Shown one piece after another: positions 9,534-17,894 of a stretch of 64,000 nt of DNA. Location: the IMG/VR virus record IMGVR_UViG_3300017792_000017, positions 64,001 through 128,000 of that record; one strand, 5' to 3'. A program made the translations under genes and the position numbers. The DNA comes from a virus. Position 1 is the first letter of the stretch. Each line of letters starts with the position of its first letter. The notes beneath the pieces are model-generated. The model was given only the letters and a program-made list of their open reading frames with translations, did not search any database and was not told the origin of the DNA.

Positions 9534-9878
9534 ATGAAATCTAAACATACGTTTGAAGACCAATTGCAGGTAATCAGGGTCGATGGCCACTTTGCGTTAG
9601 TCACCATATTTGACGGACTCATCCAAGATGTACTTGGAGATCCTCCGGAAGGTACTACGTTCTTAGAGTGGGAAACTAATAAACACTTCTACCTCTCCAA
9701 CGCAGCTACATGGTTCAGTCATCTCCCTTTTCTTGGCTATTTCATTTTCGAAGGCAAAGACTATGATTTCGGCCCGCACTCGGAAAATGCACATTTCATA
9801 GAAGACTATGGAAGAGTCGTAACCGAAGCTTATAACTGGCTCACCTCAGAACTCAAATTACGAGGCTGGTTAGAGTAA
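9534..9878 (+). CDS. hypothetical early protein
   Basis: TGGTATAAG at 9477, AAGGA RBS before ATG 9534. Confidence 0.7.
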   Translation: MKSKHTFEDQLQVIRVDGHFALVTIFDGLIQDVLGDPPEGTTFLEWETNKHFYLSNAATWFSHLPFLGYFIFEGKDYDFGPHSENAHFIEDYGRVVTEAYNWLTSELKLRGWLE

Positions 9879-9974
9879 TCTTGTCGGGGCTACGTGCCCC
9901 GTTTTGAATTTTGAAGATAGAAACTGGTATAAGTAAAGTACAGATAACTACAACCTTTTTTAAGGACCAAAGAC

Positions 9975-10286
9975 ATGAGCACATATCGTTCGGACTTGTT
10001 CAAACCGGTTTTGCTTAAAGACGTTGTTGCAGGTAATCACCGCGTTGAATACCGTATCATCCCTGAGTTGACTAGGACCCCGGATTCTATCGATCTTCCC
10101 AACTGGCTCGTGGAACAGATTTTGTACGTTTGGGATTTGGAGTATCAAATCGGTAAGAGTGCAGACAGGGTTAAGGCGATTAAGCTCGTCCGTGAAGTTA
10201 AAGGAAACTTGGGGCTCAAAGAATCCAAGGATGTTGTAGACTCAATCCATGAAGTCCATTTGCGTTGTAAAGGACTTGCTGCATAA
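9975..10286 (+). CDS. protein with ribosomal protein L7/L12 C-terminal-like motif
   Basis: RVKAIKLVREVKGNLGLKESKDVVDS resembles the bL12 CTD (KxxVIKxVRxxTGLGLKEAKDLVE); own promoter at 9924. Confidence 0.7.
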   Translation: MSTYRSDLFKPVLLKDVVAGNHRVEYRIIPELTRTPDSIDLPNWLVEQILYVWDLEYQIGKSADRVKAIKLVREVKGNLGLKESKDVVDSIHEVHLRCKGLAA

Positions 10287-10342
10287 GTAGGAGAACAAGG
10301 CCCACAAAGCCTTGTTTTTTAGCATCAACAAAAACAGATCTT

Positions 10343-10352
10343 TTGGTATAAG
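10343..10352 (+). promoter_or_regulatory. TTGGTATAAG promoter heading the RT locus
   Basis: Motif follows a terminator (~10298-10322) and precedes the structured leader. Confidence 0.7.
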
Positions 10353-10434
10353 CATCTTACAGGGCACTACCCTACTCCGGAAGCAGCGACCAATCTTTTT
10401 AGTCAAGCCTACAGACTAATCAGGAGAGATCGCT

Positions 10435-10563
10435 ATGGGTAAATTCCTAAAGAAGCTCGTCATGGTTGTCCGAGTTGTCAAGATCGTCCTTCGTATCGTT
10501 AATAGCGTTATGGACGTTCTCGATGACTTCGCAACTAAGCTGAGCGATAAAGAAGCGTATTAA
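10435..10563 (+). CDS. 42-aa amphipathic peptide (MGKFLKKLVMVVRVVKIVLRIVNSVMDVLDDFATKLSDKEAY)
   Basis: CAGGAG RBS upstream of ATG; below ORF-track cutoff; first ORF of RT transcript. Confidence 0.65.
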   Translation: MGKFLKKLVMVVRVVKIVLRIVNSVMDVLDDFATKLSDKEAY

Positions 10564-10570
10564 CCTTCCC

Positions 10571-10921
10571 GCTTAGCTCTTTTAGAAACCGTAGGTAGAA
10601 ACTACCTACATTAATTTCGGATGCAACAATGGATATTTCGTCCACTAGTTCGAAGAACGTTCCAAAGATGTCATCGCCTGCCCTAGAGATTAAGAACAAC
10701 TATTATCTCGTTAAAACAGGGCTGCTGTATAACTACTATCCTATCAAGGTCAAGCCGTTCACTGACGGCGATAGTATTATGCGGTTTGAAAAGGCACCGC
10801 CGGTCTTAATGGAAGGTATCGTGATCATAAACAAAAAGCCGTATCACGTAACCGTCCAAGATCTTATGCGTCAGGTAATTCGGAAATCAAGAGAAGTTGC
10901 AGTAGCTAAAAGAGAACAAGC
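10571..10921 (+). ncRNA. putative retron-like ncRNA (msr/msd-type), ~350 nt
   Basis: Closing stem ctcttttag (10577-10585)/ctaaaagag (10906-10914), inner tgcaac/gttgca, hairpins gtaggtag-aaa-ctacctac, gccct..agggc, actatc..gatagt, gcggt..accgc, gtgat..atcac; ends just before RT ATG. Confidence 0.6.
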
Positions 10922-10923
10922 AA

Positions 10924-11943
10924 ATGGAAATTCAGGAACAACTAGTATTAAGGCCCTACGTCAAGCCGTTCAGCATCCAGTCGAACAAGGATCTGTCAGA
11001 GAAGCTTCGGTGGAAATCATCGAAGATGCTAACGCTGCTTGGGAAGAACAAATCGGAGCACTACTCGATTCTTTCTCTGCGAAAGAGGGGGCCGATTACG
11101 AAATACAGAATCCTGCATAATCCAGACAGCTTGATGCGTGTTGTCCAGTATAAGATCCTAACCCAAATACTGGATAAAATTGAGGTACCGGAATACATCC
11201 ATGCTTTTGAGAAGGGCAGGAGTATTCCTAAAATGGCCGAAAGCCATGTGGGTAAGGACATGGTCGTGAGTATCGACCTAGAGGATTTTTTCACTTCTAT
11301 CAAGCAATACCAGCTTTTCGATTTGTTCCAGCATCTTGGCTTCGGTCAAGCACCGGCTAGAACATTGTCAGAACTTTGTACTTATGAGTCATTCGTCCCA
11401 CAAGGAGCCTTGACCAGTCCAAAGATCAGTAACATCATTACTGCACTGACATTCGGTCCTGCTATCAAAGAGTTCTGTGATGAAAACAATCTGACACTCA
11501 GCATCTATGCTGACGACATCACGATCTCGATGGATGCAGAAACGCGAGAGAAGTTAGGGAAAGGTATTGTTGGAAAGATCCTTCGCAAAGTATCAACTGA
11601 AGTTGGGCGTTACCGATTCAGGGTAAATAAGTCCAAGACTAAAGTGATGCGCCATTTCCAACGGCAGTATGTATGCGGAGCCGTTGTGAACGTCAAGGTC
11701 AATCTGCAAAAATCTGAGCGTAACAAACTCAGGGCTATGGTTTACAACTGCAACAAGAACGGAATTGAGGCGGAGGCCGCCAAAGCCGGAATCAGTGCAG
11801 AGTTGTTTTACAGTAAACTCATGGGGCGGTTGAACTGGTTCGGCCAGCTGAATCCCACAGCTGGTGCTCGTTTAAAGTCAAAGCTAAAAGAAGTCGATAT
11901 GGGCAAGCAATCAAGTGATCCTATCGCCATTGAGAAAGCGTAA
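10924..11943 (+). CDS. retron-type reverse transcriptase
   Basis: IHAFEKGRS, MAESH (NAxxH-like region X), DLEDFF, VPQGALTSPKISN, YADD, YVCGAVVN (VTG-like region Y); no maturase, nuclease or RNase H domain. Confidence 0.9.
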   Translation: MEIQEQLVLRPYVKPFSIQSNKDLSEKLRWKSSKMLTLLGKNKSEHYSILSLRKRGPITKYRILHNPDSLMRVVQYKILTQILDKIEVPEYIHAFEKGRSIPKMAESHVGKDMVVSIDLEDFFTSIKQYQLFDLFQHLGFGQAPARTLSELCTYESFVPQGALTSPKISNIITALTFGPAIKEFCDENNLTLSIYADDITISMDAETREKLGKGIVGKILRKVSTEVGRYRFRVNKSKTKVMRHFQRQYVCGAVVNVKVNLQKSERNKLRAMVYNCNKNGIEAEAAKAGISAELFYSKLMGRLNWFGQLNPTAGARLKSKLKEVDMGKQSSDPIAIEKA

Positions 11944-12225
11944 AAGTATTTATGTCGCTAGACTCAGCAACACCGTAAAGTAATCGTATCCGCCATTACG
12001 AAAGCTTTGCCAGTTTTTTCTGACTAGTTCTTCTGGGTAAAAGAACTGTAGTCTGCTTCCGGAGCTTGGCCTGTACTACCGCAGTAAGAAGTTATTCTTA
12101 ACCGTAGTATAAACAGGGAGAGTTGAAATGGACCGCATAAATCCACATCTCGGTGCAGTAGATGGACTCGTACACTGCAATGAAACGAACGTAGTACCCA
12201 TGATTACTTCTTAGGAACCAAATAG
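11944..12225 (+). ncRNA. structured non-coding RNA downstream of RT
   Basis: Hairpins 12022-12053 and 12074-12109, possible pseudoknot 12142-12179; 12053-12064 is the exact reverse complement of 10375-10386. Confidence 0.55.
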
Positions 12226-12255
12226 AAAGCCGGGGTTGAACCCGGCTTTTTTTAG
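12226..12255. terminator. bidirectional terminator
   Basis: aaagccggg-gttgaa-cccggcttttttt. Confidence 0.85.
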
Positions 12256-13418
12256 CTTTTCGCAGTTAGACGTTGAATTTCGTGAATCCACTGTCTCTCA
12301 GTTTTTTCATTGTATCTATCGAGGTTGTTGTGATTTTTATACACCCAACCTTGAGCACGAGCATAGATGTTGGCAATAAACAACTTCTCAGCAATGTCAT
12401 CTGAATCGTTGGGATCCGCATGGAATAAGCCATCTACCCAATCTACTTCATCAGAAACAACTACTGGTACACCTTGAGAAACTTGATCAGCAGTTACAAT
12501 GTTGAAAGTTTCAGTGTAAGATACTTGTAGGCCAAAATCCATTGTGCCGATCAGTTTGATGAAGTCAGCATGTTTCATCCAAGAATGCTCAACTAACTCA
12601 TGATCAATGCCATTAAAGATCATTTGTAGATTCTTAAGTACCTGGTTGGAGCCAGCGTTCTCAAGACGAGTACTATTGATGTGAAAGAACAACTTCTTAC
12701 CAATACGATCAGCAAACTTGATTGCAGCAAGTGCTTGGATTACATGGTTCTTCAGAGGGCGAATTGCACCGAAACATCCGATATGAACTTCTTGGTTGTG
12801 AGGCTTATAATCGTGACGATCACACTTCAACTTCTGGATAGGGTAGTAGTTAGGAAGATACGGGCAGCGTTCTTTTGCTTGTGCTAGTGACCAATCGGCA
12901 TGATGGTTATACACTAGTTGAGCGATTTCGCTGTTCGTATTTTCTGCATTTGATGAAACGTAAACGTTAGGATAGTCTGTGTATCTCATTGACCAATCAA
13001 ACGCAATGCCTTCATTTGCCAAGAACGGTGACTTACTGTGATTGCGAATAACCCACTTAACCTTTGGATGTAGCTTTGTCAGAACTTCAAACTTCTCTGG
13101 AACTACCCAGTATGCTTCGATTACTACAATGTCTGGTTTGTATCTAGTAACTTCTCTATCAATACCGTTGTTGTCTTCTACGTGTACGATTTCTGCTTCG
13201 AACATGTCTGGATGATCATTTAGCATGTCAACCATGAATCGTGCGCTGTTAAACAAACCGCTTTCTAACATCCCTGTACTGCAGTACCCACCTTCATCTG
13301 TGTAGGCATTTTCTCTATACTTCAAAATAAACTGAATCTTCTTTCTCACAACCTCTCCTTTATCTGTTTGGCTCTTTCTGAAAAGTGAACCGAGCCAACT
13401 TAAAAATTTAGTAAACAT
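12252..13418 (-). CDS. GT-B fold glycosyltransferase
   Basis: IGCFGAIRPLKNH and QVSYTETFNIVTADQVSQGVPVV (GT4-like E-x7 region). Confidence 0.8.
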   Translation of the reverse strand: MFTKFLSWLGSLFRKSQTDKGEVVRKKIQFILKYRENAYTDEGGYCSTGMLESGLFNSARFMVDMLNDHPDMFEAEIVHVEDNNGIDREVTRYKPDIVVIEAYWVVPEKFEVLTKLHPKVKWVIRNHSKSPFLANEGIAFDWSMRYTDYPNVYVSSNAENTNSEIAQLVYNHHADWSLAQAKERCPYLPNYYPIQKLKCDRHDYKPHNQEVHIGCFGAIRPLKNHVIQALAAIKFADRIGKKLFFHINSTRLENAGSNQVLKNLQMIFNGIDHELVEHSWMKHADFIKLIGTMDFGLQVSYTETFNIVTADQVSQGVPVVVSDEVDWVDGLFHADPNDSDDIAEKLFIANIYARAQGWVYKNHNNLDRYNEKTERQWIHEIQRLTAKS

Positions 13419-13421
13419 AAA

Positions 13422-14465
13422 TTATCCCATTTGAACGCCACCTGATGTGACATTAACGAAGTGACCGTTAAACGTTGTTTTTGCGCCATCACTGCTAAGA
13501 TTGACTTCGGCACCACTACTATGTTTTAGGTCAATGACGCTACCGTTAACTGTAACAGTTTGTTGCCCTTCGTAATCAAGTTTGATTTGAGAACCATCCC
13601 AAGTGGCGATGTGGTTCCCCCCAAAGTCAACCGTAACCTTAGTGCCGTCTTGGTATATCTTTGTCTGTCCTACTACTTGAGTTACTGCTCCTGATACTCC
13701 ATCCACAATTCGATACATTGAACCGGCTGGAACTTCTTCCCTGAAAATGATTGAAGAACTTGCAGGAGGAGCACCTGCATTTTGATAACCAGTCTTTACA
13801 GCCTGAGCTAAAGCAACATCACCGTAGTACAGGTTGTATCCGTAGTTCTCTATCTTTGCTGCATCAGATGTTGCTGCGTATCCTGTGTATCGATATACTC
13901 GACCTTTGATATTCTTAACGATGTCAGAACTCACATCAGTAAAGTGTTCAAAGTTACGAGAAACAATGCGTACAACATCGTCCCACTTAGAGATAAAGAT
14001 CTCAGCCAATCGTGAACTTCTCATTAATAGAGAGCCCCCTCTAAGTACCGCTAGTATACCACCTCCGCTAGAGGCAATGACACGATCTCCTACAGATAAA
14101 TCTCCAGCTTTGTTAACGTCGTTAATAGCATTTACACCTTCTGGACTGAAATTACCCGTGTCTACTGCTAAAGTGCCAGTATCGATATTGATAGGAAACG
14201 CACTATCAGAGGTTTGCGTACGAGGTAGGAATAGAATAATTAATGGATATCCAAGACCATGCATGACAACAACCCTATCCCCCATCACAGGCGTTACTCT
14301 GTCACCAGCACGACTCGATCCACCTGACGGTTGACCCCATTGAACCTGGTCTAGGTTCTGTCCACGAAGAGTTTTTACCTTACAGAAGGAACGAATTGGA
14401 TCGACTTCTGTTACAGTACCTTCATCAAAAGTGTTGTCAATTTTAGACGGATTGTTAAGCATCAT
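13422..14465 (-). CDS. baseplate spike/hub (gp5/gpV-like) protein
   Basis: N-terminal OB-fold pattern GTVTEVD...P.MGDRVVV and C-terminal beta-repeat region. Confidence 0.65.
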   Translation of the reverse strand: MMLNNPSKIDNTFDEGTVTEVDPIRSFCKVKTLRGQNLDQVQWGQPSGGSSRAGDRVTPVMGDRVVVMHGLGYPLIILFLPRTQTSDSAFPINIDTGTLAVDTGNFSPEGVNAINDVNKAGDLSVGDRVIASSGGGILAVLRGGSLLMRSSRLAEIFISKWDDVVRIVSRNFEHFTDVSSDIVKNIKGRVYRYTGYAATSDAAKIENYGYNLYYGDVALAQAVKTGYQNAGAPPASSSIIFREEVPAGSMYRIVDGVSGAVTQVVGQTKIYQDGTKVTVDFGGNHIATWDGSQIKLDYEGQQTVTVNGSVIDLKHSSGAEVNLSSDGAKTTFNGHFVNVTSGGVQMG

Positions 14466-14523
14466 TTATACCTCAATTTGGTATAAGTATTATAGAATAA
14501 GTCTTTCACCCCAAGGAGGTATT

Positions 14524-15360
14524 TTGAAAGTTCAACCTATTTCAGATTTGCATCTAGATTGTCTGGAAGGTAAGCAGTGGGAAGGTGTACTGCATTCCAT
14601 TATCAATCCAGAAGCAGACGTAATAGTGTTCGCAGGAGACATGTGTGAATGGCGCAACATAGGCCTTCTCAAGCGAGCACTGGCCGATGTGTACAAACGT
14701 ATCCTTTATGTGCCAGGTAACCATGAATACTGGGGCTCAGAGGATTGTAGAGGTCTCGTTAAGGACCTAAAGACAGTGTTTTCAGGGATGCCTAACGTCG
14801 CTGTTCTCAATGAGGATTATCGTCAAATTGATGACGTCCTCTTTATCGGCGGAACTCTCTGGACGAATCTGTGGAATCCAATCAATGCAGATATCGTCAA
14901 GCACTTCATGGCAGATTTCAGACATTGTCCGAGTCTTACGACTGACTTCACTAACCAGAAGCATGAGTTCATGGTTGGATTCATTGAAGAGTGCTTGAAG
15001 TCAGAAAATTTCAAGGATCACAAGAAAGTCGTTATTACTCATCATGGCCCTTCGTTCCGGGCAGTAGCAAAACAGTACCAGTACAGCAGTGCCAACTGTG
15101 GCTATTTCAGCGCGTTGGATCATATCCTCGAATCTGAAAAATCTCCTGATGTCTGGATTCACGGTCACAGCCATGTTGCTATGGATGAAAAGATCGGCAA
15201 CACCAGAGTCATCAGGAATCCGTTCGGGTATCAAGGGTACGGAGAGAAGGAAACTGGGTTCAACAAGGAATTCATGATTGACACCTCGTTGATCACCAGA
15301 GAAGTTACAGAAGCAGACATTTGCAGTATGCTTGAAGAGTTCGAAGCAAAGTTCCAATAA
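14524..15360 (+). CDS. calcineurin-like metallophosphoesterase (TTG start after GGAGGT)
   Basis: SDLH, AGD, PGNHEY, THH, HGHSH motifs; TGGTATAAG at 14478. Confidence 0.9.
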   Translation: MKVQPISDLHLDCLEGKQWEGVLHSIINPEADVIVFAGDMCEWRNIGLLKRALADVYKRILYVPGNHEYWGSEDCRGLVKDLKTVFSGMPNVAVLNEDYRQIDDVLFIGGTLWTNLWNPINADIVKHFMADFRHCPSLTTDFTNQKHEFMVGFIEECLKSENFKDHKKVVITHHGPSFRAVAKQYQYSSANCGYFSALDHILESEKSPDVWIHGHSHVAMDEKIGNTRVIRNPFGYQGYGEKETGFNKEFMIDTSLITREVTEADICSMLEEFEAKFQ

Positions 15361-15383
15361 CCCGTTTCATATAAGGCTAAATC

Positions 15384-15809
15384 ATGCGTGAAGATCAAGT
15401 TAAGTCGATGTTCCTGCTGGCGGGGTTTGATGTCAAGAAGACGACCCAGATCGAAAATGAATACTGGCCCAAAGCGTATGTCGAGCTTATCAAGTCCTCG
15501 CCGTGGTGGTTGATGGACACGCAGTATGGCACGATCAAGATTGGCTGGCGCAAACGCGTCATCGCAATCGACTGGCAAGAGACCGGATATGTCTCTGAGC
15601 AGAACGGTGAACACACGTACGACAGTATCACTGATGATGCTGTAACTCGTGGTCCGTGCGATGTACATGCGTACAGTGTTCCCAAGGCCGTCGAATATCT
15701 GACTACTCTTCGTCGCAACATGGACTTCGAGGAGGCAGAGAGGAAAAAGACGCAAGTGTCGCATGGCACAGTCGCCAAGGTAAGTGCAGGAGCGGGATCG
15801 TTCGTGTAA
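15384..15809 (+). CDS. hypothetical protein
   Basis: 141-aa ORF following phosphoesterase. Confidence 0.75.
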   Translation: MREDQVKSMFLLAGFDVKKTTQIENEYWPKAYVELIKSSPWWLMDTQYGTIKIGWRKRVIAIDWQETGYVSEQNGEHTYDSITDDAVTRGPCDVHAYSVPKAVEYLTTLRRNMDFEEAERKKTQVSHGTVAKVSAGAGSFV

Positions 15810-15979
15810 GGGAGCAACAAAAAACCCGGCATTGCACCGGGTTTGAACTTCTTGGTAGAAAGGAGCGAAACAACCAAGATCTTGTAGAAACTTGTATTTG
15901 TTCTTAAAGTGGGACGGGGAATCCCTCGTTTCGCAAGTGTAAACTAATTTTAACACAGACTGATTTAAGGAATCAAGAC

Positions 15980-16267
15980 ATGGCAAGTCAAATTCGTTTC
16001 CTGGAAAAAACTGAGAACCAGAATCTGAGCGTCAATGAAATGGTTCTCAGGAAGTTTGTTGGGGCAATGCACACGCTAGAAGGTCGTAAGAACCTTCATC
16101 AAGTTTACAACGATAAGGATTCGTTGTTGAACTATCGCCTTGCATACACAGCTGCAATGACCCTCTTCACGGTCTGCAACGAAGTGCTGGGCATGAGCAT
16201 GGGGGTGTACTTGAAACTTCTCAGTGCTCATTTCGAATTCATTCATACTCCGGTTTTGGAGTGGTAA
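15980..16267 (+). CDS. hypothetical protein
   Basis: AAGGA RBS; terminator at ~16278-16305. Confidence 0.7.
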   Translation: MASQIRFLEKTENQNLSVNEMVLRKFVGAMHTLEGRKNLHQVYNDKDSLLNYRLAYTAAMTLFTVCNEVLGMSMGVYLKLLSAHFEFIHTPVLEW

Positions 16268-16377
16268 GGTAGAATAAGGCCCAGGTAACACTGGGTCTTT
16301 TTTAGCATCTGGAAGGATTATTTTGGTATAAGTATATTGTAGTTAAAAACCACATTACGCTTACGAGGGCGACCAAA

Positions 16378-16707
16378 ATGTCTAACAGATACGTTCGCAC
16401 AAGATACGGGACCAATGGAAAGTCCGTGCTGATCTCATTCGAGATTCCGGGAGTTCGATTGGAGTTACTGCAAGTGGAAGGGCAACCTACTGAAGCATTC
16501 GGCGTGATGAAAGGTCACTGCTTGGAAAATATTATAACGGGGGCGAAAAAGGGAATAGAAATAGAAATCCAGCGGATAGCGTGCACATCAGATAGAGATA
16601 AGAGAGTAAAAGACTTAGAGGCAGCACTTGTCTGTATCGACGAGGCCATTGCAAGAGACGAACACCGACTGGCACGTAAGTTCCCAGTACGAGGTGCAAT
16701 AGCCTGA
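16378..16707 (+). CDS. hypothetical early protein
   Basis: TGGTATAAG at 16323; own terminator. Confidence 0.7.
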   Translation: MSNRYVRTRYGTNGKSVLISFEIPGVRLELLQVEGQPTEAFGVMKGHCLENIITGAKKGIEIEIQRIACTSDRDKRVKDLEAALVCIDEAIARDEHRLARKFPVRGAIA

Positions 16708-16840
16708 GAGAGACCCGTGGTAGGGTGAGTAGTACTTAAGCCCAGATATCACCGGGCTCTTTTTCAATTTTCGAATGTTGAATCTGGTATAAGAAAATTG
16801 GTAATAACAATGATTTTAAAACCTATTCAGGAGTAAGACC

Positions 16841-17179
16841 GTGCACGAATTCTGCCTGTTCAGTTTCTACGGCTTCATCGCTGTGTCGTTCTTCTCAATC
16901 ATCTTGAACATATTTGCTCAGATGAAATACAGGAAAGTATTTGAGCTGGTGGAGGATTTGCCGAATATCAGTCTTAAAGAAATGTTCAACGGTAACATTC
17001 CGTTCTACATGACTCGGTGGTTCACGATACTGATTCAAGTCCCGTATCTGATCATTCTGTGGTTGATCGCACGTGAAGTGCAACCTGATCCTATTTGGAT
17101 GACAGCGTTCCTTATGGGACTGTTGGGGAATTACTACATCGTCTTCAGAAAGACCTCTAAGGTCTGGAAGCACATGTAA
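16841..17179 (+). CDS. small membrane protein
   Basis: GTG start after AGGAG; three hydrophobic segments; promoter at 16784. Confidence 0.7.
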   Translation: MHEFCLFSFYGFIAVSFFSIILNIFAQMKYRKVFELVEDLPNISLKEMFNGNIPFYMTRWFTILIQVPYLIILWLIAREVQPDPIWMTAFLMGLLGNYYIVFRKTSKVWKHM

Positions 17180-17212
17180 AGAAGAAAGGCCCCGATTTCT
17201 CAGGGCCTTTTT

Positions 17213-17890
17213 TTATCCGTTGAAGCTTACTGGAACTGGTCGGTCGAATTGAATCGAGACGTTTTCAGCAATTACAGGCTGTGCGCTTGCAACTGCGAAA
17301 CTGTAGTTTTGGAACATACAGTATTCGAGGTACAGACCGGCAAGAGCTTGGCCGAAACCATCTGAACCACCGCCACGAGTCTTGAATACCATCAGAAGAC
17401 CAAACGGTACTGCGAACGTTTCTGAGTCAAGGTTCATCTGAATGTATGTGTTCGGGGAATCAGCACCTGCTGAACCGAAACCACCATTGTTCATTGCAGG
17501 GCGATAAGCTTGTTGTGAAAGAGCGAACAGAACGTTGCCTTGGTCAGCGAGAAACTTGCTAAGTGAAATAGCATGTTGTGTCTTACCACGTGTGAAGAAT
17601 GAACGATTTGAACCTACTTCGAATAGACGTGCTAGACCTGCGTCTGCGCTCATCTGAATGTTATCGGTTAGACCGATAGGCACTAGATCACCAACGCCAC
17701 CTGAGAGGCCTGTGAAACGTGCTGGACCAGCGAAAAGAGCTGTGGTGTCCGGTGAAGCTGAAAATTGTGAAAAGCGTTCGTAGCCATCCTGGTTAAGCTT
17801 CGAGATATACTCGTTCTTCCAGTCCCACCCTAATCCAAACCCCGCTTCTTGTACGGTCGTTAGGCGGTCATTAGTAGCATCTGCTGCCAT
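17213..17890 (-). CDS. probable tail tube protein
   Basis: Downstream of sheath; IGLTDNIQM...RLFEVGS...LYLEYCMFQNYSF...IAENVSIQFD pattern typical of tube proteins. Confidence 0.7.
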   Translation of the reverse strand: MAADATNDRLTTVQEAGFGLGWDWKNEYISKLNQDGYERFSQFSASPDTTALFAGPARFTGLSGGVGDLVPIGLTDNIQMSADAGLARLFEVGSNRSFFTRGKTQHAISLSKFLADQGNVLFALSQQAYRPAMNNGGFGSAGADSPNTYIQMNLDSETFAVPFGLLMVFKTRGGGSDGFGQALAGLYLEYCMFQNYSFAVASAQPVIAENVSIQFDRPVPVSFNG

Positions 17891-17894
17891 ATTT

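Noticed and set aside
8850-9590. Short ORFs called across the palindromic region
   Set aside because: Low-complexity translations of repeats, no RBS
10629-11120. 163-aa ORF overlapping the RT in another frame
   Set aside because: No clear RBS, overlaps the conserved RT N-terminus by ~200 nt and its 5' part coincides with dense RNA stems; more likely an incidental frame, though translation is not excluded
10924-11943. Diversity-generating retroelement
   Set aside because: No template/variable repeat pair or Avd-like gene seen; motifs are retron-like
10411-12055. Group I intron (ACAGACUA / UAGUC P7-like pair) or group II intron around the RT
   Set aside because: No room for P3-P6 before the R-like element, no interrupted host gene, no group II domain V; the RT has retron-like motifs and no maturase domain; TAGTC also has a local partner
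15231-15986. 251-aa minus-strand ORF and other long antisense ORFs (e.g. 49546-50076, 57611-58042)
   Set aside because: Shadows of well-supported genes on the opposite strand; some cross terminators
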